Positions 1-7,355 of a stretch of DNA of 22,634 bases are shown in pieces. The stretch lies in the NCBI GenBank assembly GCA_964647565.1, contig CAZYIM010000039.1, positions 1 to 22,634 of the forward strand, read 5' to 3'. Positions within the stretch are counted from its first letter, which is position 1; each line of letters opens with the position of its first letter. A program made the position numbers and the translations under genes. Under the pieces are notes generated by a model. The model was not told the origin of the DNA. It made no database searches and worked only from the letters and a program-made list of their open reading frames with translations. This DNA is from an uncultured Methanosarcinales archaeon (GTDB taxonomy: Archaea; Nanobdellota; Nanobdellia; Woesearchaeales; CAZYIM01).

Positions 1-56
1 AAAGTTTATAAATTTTTTGAATTACAAGTTACGTGGAGGGTTTTCTTATTAAGTGT

Positions 57-85
57 AAAAAAACATACCTAAAACAAGAGGTATG
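57..85 (-). terminator. Hairpin plus T-run terminator downstream of the 96..1262 gene
   Basis: Inverted repeat CATACCT (64-70) / AGGTATG (79-85) with an 8-nt loop, followed on the minus strand by T7 (A57-A63). It begins 10 nt past the stop codon. Confidence 0.5.
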
Positions 86-95
86 CTTTATTAAA

Positions 96-1262
96 TCAGC
101 TTTCCAAATCAGGTTTATTTTTATCGATATCAAGACAGGCGCCATCCCGGCAACCTTGTGGACAGTCATGATCTGTAAAACCAAGAGTCCTTTTATCATC
201 GTTGCAGAAGACTTCTCTTAGTCCACAATCAGGACCTTCACATGGTTCGTCTGTATACGGTAGTTGCCAGGGCTGGTGGGTTTGAGTGTTCTGACAATAA
301 TCAGTATAAGGAGGTGGTGCTAAAAAATCCAAGAATGTAGTAACAGTACCTGCTTCATACGGGTTGTCGCCATTATCTGTATCGTCGCAATAGGGAAACT
401 TCGCCGAGCATGCACCCTCATAACAATAAGGCTTCCCACCAGAACATGTAAAGTCCTTAAGACGAGGCATTCCAATCTCGTCACAATAAGCTTCCCTCAA
501 TATATGGGCATCTAAAAAATCACAACTATCAGGCGCACCATGACCACTCCACATGCCGCCTAATTCAAATTGATTGAATGCTTCACCAGGAATATCCGGA
601 TAAAGACCTCCATCTGTGTCGTTACATAGCATAGGTTCGATTGGTAGAACCTCAAAGCTTTCTGAAACCTTATTGTTTGATTTATCTTCTTCCTCTATAT
701 AAGGGAAGATAACTGCAGTTATCTCATAAGTTCCAGGTTCTAAAAAAATAACTGAGAAAACTTCCCAGCCGTCATTCTGGTAAGACGGTACGGGCGGGAA
801 AGTCTTCACTCCCCATGCCACCCCATCAATATAAACAGTAACATTAAAATCATCGATAGATACAGTACCTTGCAACGACTCAACAAATGTGTTTATAGAA
901 ATTGACTCTTCTCCATCTTCATTATAAAAGTGTGAGCCCTCAATCTTTAAATCAACGATTGCAAGATCAGGAATTATTTTTTTATCATCATCTTTTTTAT
1001 CATCCCATTGTTTAAAATATTCATCACAAATCTTTCGAAATTGTGCGGGTGGCTCAATGTTTTTATTCCAAAAAAACTTGCAAATCTTTTCATTAGAGTC
1101 AGGATCTAGATGATTAGATCTAGCAGCTTCTCCACCCAGATTAAAATCTGAACTCGTATTTGATATAATTACAATTATAGCTGTAAGTGCCACAATCATC
1201 ACTATACCTAATAAATAATAATGCGTCTTGTTTTTGTCAGAATAATTTTTTTTCTTAGCCAT
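96..1262 (-). CDS. Membrane-anchored or secreted surface protein with a CARDB-like Ig domain and two Cys-rich CxDTDxG repeats
   Basis: Basic N-terminus and one hydrophobic helix (YYLLGIVMIVALTAIIVII). CARDB-like segment PDLAIVDLKI...FNVTVYIDG...PGTYEITAVI...EEEDKSNN. Repeats CNDTDGG...DSC...LREAYC...CYEGAC and CDDTDNG...DYC...LREVFC...CRDGAC. SD GAGGTG lies 5 nt before the ATG. Confidence 0.75.
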   Translation of the reverse strand: MAKKKNYSDKNKTHYYLLGIVMIVALTAIIVIISNTSSDFNLGGEAARSNHLDPDSNEKICKFFWNKNIEPPAQFRKICDEYFKQWDDKKDDDKKIIPDLAIVDLKIEGSHFYNEDGEESISINTFVESLQGTVSIDDFNVTVYIDGVAWGVKTFPPVPSYQNDGWEVFSVIFLEPGTYEITAVIFPYIEEEDKSNNKVSESFEVLPIEPMLCNDTDGGLYPDIPGEAFNQFELGGMWSGHGAPDSCDFLDAHILREAYCDEIGMPRLKDFTCSGGKPYCYEGACSAKFPYCDDTDNGDNPYEAGTVTTFLDFLAPPPYTDYCQNTQTHQPWQLPYTDEPCEGPDCGLREVFCNDDKRTLGFTDHDCPQGCRDGACLDIDKNKPDLES

Positions 1263-1304
1263 GATAACACCTCAAAATATAATTGTTAACTTCCCAAAAA
1301 GAAG

Positions 1305-1319
1305 TTTATAAATGTTTCG
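1305..1319 (-). promoter_or_regulatory. BRE-TATA promoter for the 96..1262 gene
   Basis: Minus strand reads CGAAACA-TTTATAAA about 43 nt upstream of the ATG. The same AAACATTTATAAA string recurs at 10755-10767. Confidence 0.6.
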
Positions 1320-1369
1320 TTCAAATAAAAAGTGTTAAAGGGGTTAATAATCCGCGTTTAGCTGACTTT

Positions 1370-3253
1370 TCATTGTGTTCGTTCAACCATGAAATCAGCA
1401 AAGCCATTAAAGAAATCATACTCGTCTTTTGATAGGTTGGCCTTCAGGAGATGTTTCTTGGCTTCATCAATCTTATTGTTTGCTAGTTTATCAACATAAT
1501 TAATCGCACCAGAGGATTCCAATAGGTCGATTGCTTCATCAATCTCTTTATCAGTTGCATCACTCCTGCCAAGCACGTTGAGCAGTTTTTGCTTATCAGG
1601 CTCTTTAAGCCTTTCTAAGGCCCTAATGATTATTAGGGTCTTCTTGCCTTGTCTGATATCCGAGCCCTTCTGACGGCCTTTTTTGGCCTTAGAGCACAAA
1701 TCCATAAGATCGTCTTTCAACTGGAAAGCAAGTGCTGCATTCATTGAATATTGGTCTAAGCTCGTTAATTGTTGTTCAGAAGCACCTCCAAGAATCCCGC
1801 CTATCCTTATTGAAGTAGCAATCAGAGCAGAAGTCTTTTTCATTGCCATATCAATATAATACTGCTCATCTTCAGAAGATTTGAATTCGAGAAGGGTATC
1901 CATCAATTCCCCTTGGTTAACAACAGCATAGCACTTATGATACTCTAAAGCAGCCCTGTTAATAAGATTTTTATCTAATTTAGAATTTATCAAACAATCT
2001 GCACCATACGAATATAATATATTTCCAAGAACAATAGCATTGGATACACCAAATCTGGTTGACAGCTTAGAGAAAACAGGTCCGGAATATGTTCTATCTT
2101 TAAAAGAAGACAAGAACTCTTTTTTCTGCTGCTGGAAAATCGTATCTCGTCCTCGTCTCTTCTCATCTTCATCTATAATATCGTCATGGATCAGGCTGGA
2201 GTTATGAAGGAACTCAACAGATAACGCTTCCCTGATTATCTGGCCTTTACCACCAACACCCATATAGGCCATTATTAAAGAAATGGGTCTTAACTTTTTA
2301 CCACCATCCTGGCCAAAACTCTTCAATAGATTAAGATAAGGCTCAAAATCAGGGCTCTGAAGCATCTTTTCCCTAAATAAGTACTCTATTTCCTTATTGA
2401 GCACCCTTTGATAGCTCAACAATGTTCGAGTGAAACCAGATTGCTTGTCAGTCAATTTAGCCAATACTCTTTCAATGGTTTTTTCAGGCGTGGAAGCTCC
2501 TGCTGTTATGCCAACAATCTTGCCCATGAACCATTCATCTTTAAGCTGATCTGCTTTTTCAATCCACCGGGTCTCAACAATAGCTTCACAAAGCTCATAC
2601 AAGCGTTTTGTGTTTCCGCTTGTCTTGTCACCTATGACTATCATAAGATCGACAGTTTTAGCCAACTCCTGTGCGGCATTCTGCCTTTCAATAGTTGAGT
2701 TACAAATGGTATCATAAACATTCAATTCATTTACCTTTTTTCTAAGGATCTTCTTGATGATATCATAGTCTTCCAGAGACTGTGTAGTTTGTGAGACCAA
2801 CACAGCTTTTTCCATCTCTGGTAAGTCATCAGCATCTGTTTCACTTTTAATGATAATTGGATTTTCACATCTGCTGGCAATAGCCTTGATCTCTATATGT
2901 TCCTTATCACCAAAGATGATAACAGGATATTCCTGCTTGTCAAACTTTTTTACAATATCGTGAATCTTCTTAACAAACGGACAGGTTGTATCAACAACAT
3001 TCAATCCCTTTTTTTCTGCCGCTTTTATAGTAGAAAGAATATTTCCATGAGCATTGATGACCAATGTCCCCCTCTCAATCTCAGATATGCTTCTGACTGG
3101 GCTGATATCCTGTTCTTTAAGCTCATCAACCACTTCCTTATTATGGACAACATGACCTAATGTTTTAGCGCCCTTCTTACCTTTTGCAATATCCACTGCC
3201 CGCTTGACTCCAAAGCAAAATCCGTGGTTTTTAGCAACTTGCAGTTCTTTTAT
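1370..3253 (-). CDS. ispH: Fusion of IspH/LytB (HMBPP reductase) and trans-polyprenyl diphosphate synthase; start extended to ATA at 3253 (627 aa)
   Basis: IspH motifs: GFCFGVKRA (upstream of the track's GTG at 3196), VHN, AHG, DTTCPFV, EHIE, SQTT, DTICN, SGNT, GITAGASTP. Prenyltransferase motifs: GGKKLRP, LIHDDIID..RRG, GELMD, KT, FQLKDDLMD. One open frame across the junction near 2430-2455. Confidence 0.9.
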   Translation of the reverse strand: MKELQVAKNHGFCFGVKRAVDIAKGKKGAKTLGHVVHNKEVVDELKEQDISPVRSISEIERGTLVINAHGNILSTIKAAEKKGLNVVDTTCPFVKKIHDIVKKFDKQEYPVIIFGDKEHIEIKAIASRCENPIIIKSETDADDLPEMEKAVLVSQTTQSLEDYDIIKKILRKKVNELNVYDTICNSTIERQNAAQELAKTVDLMIVIGDKTSGNTKRLYELCEAIVETRWIEKADQLKDEWFMGKIVGITAGASTPEKTIERVLAKLTDKQSGFTRTLLSYQRVLNKEIEYLFREKMLQSPDFEPYLNLLKSFGQDGGKKLRPISLIMAYMGVGGKGQIIREALSVEFLHNSSLIHDDIIDEDEKRRGRDTIFQQQKKEFLSSFKDRTYSGPVFSKLSTRFGVSNAIVLGNILYSYGADCLINSKLDKNLINRAALEYHKCYAVVNQGELMDTLLEFKSSEDEQYYIDMAMKKTSALIATSIRIGGILGGASEQQLTSLDQYSMNAALAFQLKDDLMDLCSKAKKGRQKGSDIRQGKKTLIIIRALERLKEPDKQKLLNVLGRSDATDKEIDEAIDLLESSGAINYVDKLANNKIDEAKKHLLKANLSKDEYDFFNGFADFMVERTQ

Positions 3254-3891
3254 TTTATATCACCCGGATATGTAATCTTTATATTGGATCTTTCACCAGA
3301 TATCATCTTCACCTTAACACCCAGCACCTCTACTAAAGAGGAATCATCATCTGCTTTTATTTTTTTCTTCTTGGCCATTTTATGCGCTAGTCGGATAAGA
3401 TCAGCATCAAAGATCTGTGGCGTCTGGGCAATAAACACCTTGCGCCTGTCGATAGTCTTCATTGTTTTAGAGACGTGCTTGACTGTCTCTTCCACAGGCA
3501 AGGCCACAATCAATGCCTGTTTGCATTCGACAATGGATTTAGAGATTAGTTTTTGGCTTACAAAAGGCCTGTCAGCATCGTGAATAAGGATTTTATCAGC
3601 ATTTTTTACAGCATCAACACCTAAGGCGCTGGATTGCTGCCTGGACCTGCCTCCATACACAATCTTGGCTAGTTTGCTATATTTTCCACTGCATAAGGTT
3701 TTAATGCGGCGTAAGCTTTTTTTGGATGTTACCAGGATTATTTCATGAACATCAGGATTCGTTTCAAACTTATGAAGAACAATCTCAAGAACAGTCTTCC
3801 CAGCAAACTCTGCAAAAAGTTTATTCTTACCAAAACGCTTAGATTCTCCTGCTGCCAGAATTACGGCACAAATAATTTTTTTCTTGCTCAT
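3250..3891 (-). CDS. ispD: 2-C-methyl-D-erythritol 4-phosphate cytidylyltransferase (IspD/TarI family)
   Basis: VILAAGESKRF..NKLF, GGRSRQQSS, ILIHDADRPF, AQTPQIF, DDSSLVE, NIKITYPGD. It is adjacent to and coupled with ispH. Confidence 0.85.
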   Translation of the reverse strand: MSKKKIICAVILAAGESKRFGKNKLFAEFAGKTVLEIVLHKFETNPDVHEIILVTSKKSLRRIKTLCSGKYSKLAKIVYGGRSRQQSSALGVDAVKNADKILIHDADRPFVSQKLISKSIVECKQALIVALPVEETVKHVSKTMKTIDRRKVFIAQTPQIFDADLIRLAHKMAKKKKIKADDDSSLVEVLGVKVKMISGERSNIKITYPGDIK

Positions 3892-4457
3892 AGAATTCCC
3901 AGCTCTTTCTCCCCGAAAACCTCAGCCTGGAACTTGAAAATCTCAACATCTTCATCCCGCCAGGCATTAAATGACAATCCCGCCTTCTGGCAAAGGCAAT
4001 TTAGGAATTGCATAGGGGTAAAACTGTTTTCAGTAGCAACTTGAGGAAGAAGCAGCCCGCTCCTACCCTCTTTATCTTTAATAATAAGGCCATCCTTACC
4101 AATATTTATCCTCCTGGAATATTCCTCTGATTTGGCCACTACCAGCTTTTGAGGCGCACTAAGAACAGATATCTCAAAATCAATAAGTCTCAACTCGTCC
4201 TTGGTAACAGCCATAAACCTTGTATCATTGAATGCTGCAGATTTGGCAGCTTCTATAATAGCCTGAAAAAGAGGCATAATAGGATAAGGAAATCCAACAC
4301 AACCCCTAAGATGGCCGTGCTTGTGAAGCGTGACAAACACTCCTTGCTTATCCTTAAAGTGAGTAACATCACTAATATTGGGACCCTTATTCTCAAAATG
4401 TGTGGCAATAGCCTCCCTGGCTAACTTAAGAAGCAATATCTTATCTTCCTCATCCAT
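3888..4457 (-). CDS. AMMECR1-domain protein; probable start at ATG 4457 (MDEEDKILLL), not 4547
   Basis: LLKLAREAI, GVFVTL, LRGCVGFP, AAFNDTRF, FEISVLS, GKDGLII, SGLLLPQVA, LCQKAGL, FQAEVF. A TATA box lies 23 nt upstream of 4457. ATGA overlap with ispD. Confidence 0.9.
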   Translation of the reverse strand: MDEEDKILLLKLAREAIATHFENKGPNISDVTHFKDKQGVFVTLHKHGHLRGCVGFPYPIMPLFQAIIEAAKSAAFNDTRFMAVTKDELRLIDFEISVLSAPQKLVVAKSEEYSRRINIGKDGLIIKDKEGRSGLLLPQVATENSFTPMQFLNCLCQKAGLSFNAWRDEDVEIFKFQAEVFGEKELGIL

Positions 4458-4479
4458 AAATTCCGGGCAGAAAGAAGTA

Positions 4480-4494
4480 TATTTAAAGCTTTTC
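4480..4494 (-). promoter_or_regulatory. BRE-TATA promoter for the AMMECR1-ispD-ispH operon, likely leaderless
   Basis: Minus strand reads GAAAAGC-TTTAAATA, with the TATA box about 23 nt from ATG 4457. Confidence 0.6.
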
Positions 4495-4556
4495 ATTTGA
4501 TTCCAAACCAATAAATTTTTATACATGCTACTTGAAATGTTGTTCAAGGTGATATC

Positions 4557-4724
4557 ATGCAGCTGACAAAAGATGAAAAAATAATGATTAAGTTTCTTCT
4601 AGAAAAGCACATCAAGAAGTTCAAGAATGACGAGCATATAGTCTTATGGGAAGGCCCAAGATTACTGGCTGCAGAAGTAAAGAATGAAGAATTCCTTAAA
4701 AACCTGTTAAAGAAGTTCAAATAG
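4557..4724 (+). CDS. Small hypothetical protein, 55 aa, not in the ORF track
   Basis: MQLTKDEKIMIKFLLEKHIKKFKNDEHIVLWEGPRLLAAEVKNEEFLKNLLKKFK*. SD GGTGAT at 4548-4553 and TATA-like TTTATACA at about 4518-4525. It fills an otherwise empty gap. Confidence 0.7.
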   Translation: MQLTKDEKIMIKFLLEKHIKKFKNDEHIVLWEGPRLLAAEVKNEEFLKNLLKKFK

Positions 4725-4774
4725 ACTATAGACCTCAGGAGAGGTTAAGAAATTATTAAGTAATTTCAGTAACC

Positions 4775-4782
4775 TTTATAAA
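4775..4782 (+). promoter_or_regulatory. TATA box for rpl21e-rpoF, likely leaderless
   Basis: TTTATAAA lies 22 nt upstream of ATG 4805. Confidence 0.6.
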
Positions 4783-4804
4783 TCCCCTAAATTTCCAAGA
4801 GAAA

Positions 4805-5098
4805 ATGGTAACTAGAATCGGTGGGTCAAAACATGGCTCAAGACAAAAATTTAAAAAATACTATCGAACCAAGGGTAAAGTAAGCATAAAGAAGTTTTTA
4901 CAAACCTTTGATGTGGGTGATAAAGTCTGCCTAAAGGCTGAACCAGCTGTACAAAAAGGCTGCTATCATATCAGATTCCACGGCAAGATAGGTCAGGTTG
5001 CAGGCAAGAGAGGATTCTGCTATTTGGTTGACATTAAGGATCATACCAAGAAAAAATCCCTTATTGTTCATCCAATACATCTAACAAAGGTCATCTAA
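4805..5098 (+). CDS. rpl21e: 50S ribosomal protein L21e
   Basis: FLQTFDVGDKVCLKAEPAVQKG.YH.RFHGKIGQV...G.CY.V.I...KKSLIVHPIHL. It sits upstream of rpoF, as in other archaea. Confidence 0.95.
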   Translation: MVTRIGGSKHGSRQKFKKYYRTKGKVSIKKFLQTFDVGDKVCLKAEPAVQKGCYHIRFHGKIGQVAGKRGFCYLVDIKDHTKKKSLIVHPIHLTKVI

Positions 5099-5100
5099 AA

Positions 5101-5505
5101 ATGGTAAAACCCGAAATACTTGAAAAAAAATCATTGAACATGGTTGAACTAAAAAGTGAGCTTAACACAATACAATCAAGAGACGGTGAGCTGACATTCA
5201 GAGGAACTAAAACTATTGAACATCTAAATGATTTTGCCCGGTTAAGCCAAAAGGAAGCTTCAGAAATATTCTCCAAGCTTGAACAGCTCGGCGTTCCAAG
5301 GTTCAAGGATACCCATATGAACAAGATCATTGATACGATGCCCAGTTCAGAAGCTCAACTCAAGGTAATTCTTCAAGGTTATAATCTTGCCATAACAAAA
5401 GATATGCATTCTAAAATAATTAATATATTGAAGGACTATATTCCTAAGAAAAAAGAGTCTAAAAAAGTAAAAGAACCCGCTAAAAAAGGGAAATCCAAGA
5501 AATAA
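5101..5505 (+). CDS. rpoF: DNA-directed RNA polymerase subunit F (Rpo4)
   Basis: ELTFRGTKTIEHLNDF, KIIDTMP..EAQLKVIL, size, and position directly after rpl21e. Lys-rich tail. Confidence 0.8.
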   Translation: MVKPEILEKKSLNMVELKSELNTIQSRDGELTFRGTKTIEHLNDFARLSQKEASEIFSKLEQLGVPRFKDTHMNKIIDTMPSSEAQLKVILQGYNLAITKDMHSKIINILKDYIPKKKESKKVKEPAKKGKSKK

Positions 5506-5709
5506 TTCAGTTCTATTTATTCATCTCTGTCAAGAATGCTTACGCAGAGAATTTTCCCGTGCTTCGTGCCCATTATGTTATCGGCTGTAAATCGATTCTT
5601 TTTGATCAGATCCTGAACAGTTGGCTACGCTAGGCAGAAAAAATCCTCCTTTCTGAACAGAGCCATTTATACACAAATTTTAAAAACACTTGCTCTTATC
5701 CTTCCAATT

Positions 5710-6393
5710 ATGAGAATCCTTAAGATTAGCTTTGACGGAAACCCTAATGTCGGACTTTATGGTTATGCCACAGATAGCTATGTTTTGATCGGCAAAGAGG
5801 TGCCTGAAAAACATATAAAGAGCTTAAAAACTGTGTTCAAAATTCCCTTGCATAGTGTAAATGTCGCAGGAACAGGCCTATTAGGCGTCTTTATTTCTGG
5901 CAATAAGAACGGTATTATCTTACCAAGCATCTGTTTTGAAAATGAGCTTGAGGAATTTGACAAGCTAAAACTTAAATATTCTATTCTTAAGACCAGACTT
6001 ACTTGTCTTGGAAACAATATCCTGGCCAATGACAAAGGAGCCCTGGTAAATCCTAATTTTAGTGATTCAGAAATAGATTCCATTAAAAAAGCCTTGAAGG
6101 TGCCAGTATCAAGGATGATGATAGCAGATATAGAGACTCCTGGTTCTGCAGTAATCTTAAATGGCAACACAGGTATCATACATAGAGATGTAGAACCAAA
6201 CGTCAAAACCAATATCGAAGAGTTCATGGGCGTGAAGTTGGAAGAATGTACAGTTAACATGGGCAATCCTTACGTTAGCTCGGGAATATTATGCAATAAA
6301 TATGGCATGATCATAGGCGGATTATCCGGTGGCCCAGAGATTGTATATGCCAGCCAGGCTCTTGGATTCAATAAAAAAAAGAAGGGTGATTAA
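5710..6393 (+). CDS. eif6: Translation initiation factor 6 (aIF6)
   Basis: GNPNVGLYG.ATD, GNKNGIILP, LGNNILANDKGALVNP, TVNMGNPYVSSGILCN..G..IG..SGGPE. TTTTAAAA box about 24 nt upstream. Confidence 0.95.
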   Translation: MRILKISFDGNPNVGLYGYATDSYVLIGKEVPEKHIKSLKTVFKIPLHSVNVAGTGLLGVFISGNKNGIILPSICFENELEEFDKLKLKYSILKTRLTCLGNNILANDKGALVNPNFSDSEIDSIKKALKVPVSRMMIADIETPGSAVILNGNTGIIHRDVEPNVKTNIEEFMGVKLEECTVNMGNPYVSSGILCNKYGMIIGGLSGGPEIVYASQALGFNKKKKGD

Positions 6394-6394
6394 A

Positions 6395-7354
6395 ATACGA
6401 AATGTTAGGTTAATCTCAGGAAGCTCTTGCGAGGAACTATCAACCGAAATCTCTAAAATTCTTAAGATCCCACTCTGCAAAAGAGATGTTAAGAAGTTTG
6501 CCAATGGAGAGATATATGTTCGAATAGGTGAAAATGTAAGAGGAAGGAATATCTTTATCATACAATCCTTATGCAAACCTATCAATGACTACATCATGGA
6601 GCTTTTGCTGCTCATCGATGCAGCTAAAAGGGCCTCAGCCAACAGGGTGACTGTAATCATACCCTATTATGCTTATGGCCGACAAGATAGGAAGGCTAAA
6701 CCTCGAGAACCGATCAGCGCCAAACTCTTTGCCAACATGCTGACCGAGGCGGGGGCAGACAGGATCATCTCTGTTGATATGCATGTCGATCAGATCCAGG
6801 GCTTTTTTGACATTCCAGTGGATGATCTTTGGGGATTATCTGTGCTTGTCAACTACTTCATAAGGCTTAAGCTAAAAAACACAATAGTTGTAGCTCCAGA
6901 TGCAGGAGCAATTAAAAGATCAAAGGTATTGGCCAAGATGCTTGAAGCCCCAATAGCCTTAATAGACAAGAGAAGACCCAAACACCAAATTGCTGAAGTT
7001 ATGAATATCATAGGTGACGTCAAAGGCAAGAACGCTATCATAGCAGATGACATGATTGATACTGGCGGCACCATTATCGCCTCTGCAAAAGCAATTAAAG
7101 ATGCAGGTGCAAAAAATGTCTATATCTGCGCAACTCACCCCATATTCTCAAAAGATGCTGTTAAGCGGCTACAAAACAGTGCTGCAAAAGAGGTTATTGT
7201 CACCAACTCCCTTCCATTCAAAGGAAATGGCAAGGTAAAGGTTGTAAGTTTAGGCAAGCTCTTGGCAGAGGCTATTTATAGGGTAAGCCATAAAAAGTCT
7301 GTTTCAGGCATTTATGGAAAAATTATTAAAATAAAACAGGGTTTCTGGAAATAA
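6395..7354 (+). CDS. prs: Ribose-phosphate pyrophosphokinase, bacterial class I-like; start probably ATA 6395 (alternative GTG 6386), not 6329
   Basis: KFANGEIYVRI.ENVRG, MELLLLIDAAKRASA, PYYAYGRQDRK..PREPISAKL, DMH..QIQGFFDIPVD, VVAPDAG, DDMIDTGGT, ATH. Confidence 0.92.
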   Translation: MRNVRLISGSSCEELSTEISKILKIPLCKRDVKKFANGEIYVRIGENVRGRNIFIIQSLCKPINDYIMELLLLIDAAKRASANRVTVIIPYYAYGRQDRKAKPREPISAKLFANMLTEAGADRIISVDMHVDQIQGFFDIPVDDLWGLSVLVNYFIRLKLKNTIVVAPDAGAIKRSKVLAKMLEAPIALIDKRRPKHQIAEVMNIIGDVKGKNAIIADDMIDTGGTIIASAKAIKDAGAKNVYICATHPIFSKDAVKRLQNSAAKEVIVTNSLPFKGNGKVKVVSLGKLLAEAIYRVSHKKSVSGIYGKIIKIKQGFWK

Positions 7355-7355
7355 A

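Noticed and set aside
33..221. 62-aa plus-strand ORF after TTTATAAA at 5-12
   Set aside because: It runs antisense into the 96..1262 gene and through its terminator with no recognisable motif. The palindromic TATA may serve a gene left of the window.
4458..4547. N-terminal extension of the AMMECR1 ORF in the track
   Set aside because: It spans the TATA boxes of the divergent promoters. Family similarity begins at MDEEDK.
5600..5660. Possible C/D-box sRNA (two CTGA boxes)
   Set aside because: No convincing RTGATGA C box at appropriate spacing.
5517..5666. TAG recoding suggested by in-frame TAGs here and at 22566
   Set aside because: TAG is the evident normal stop for ftsY, the ABC ATPase and the 55-aa ORF, and no conserved gene in the window has an internal TAG.
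6329..6385. Track start of prs at 6329
   Set aside because: It overlaps aIF6 by 65 nt and adds residues with no Prs similarity.
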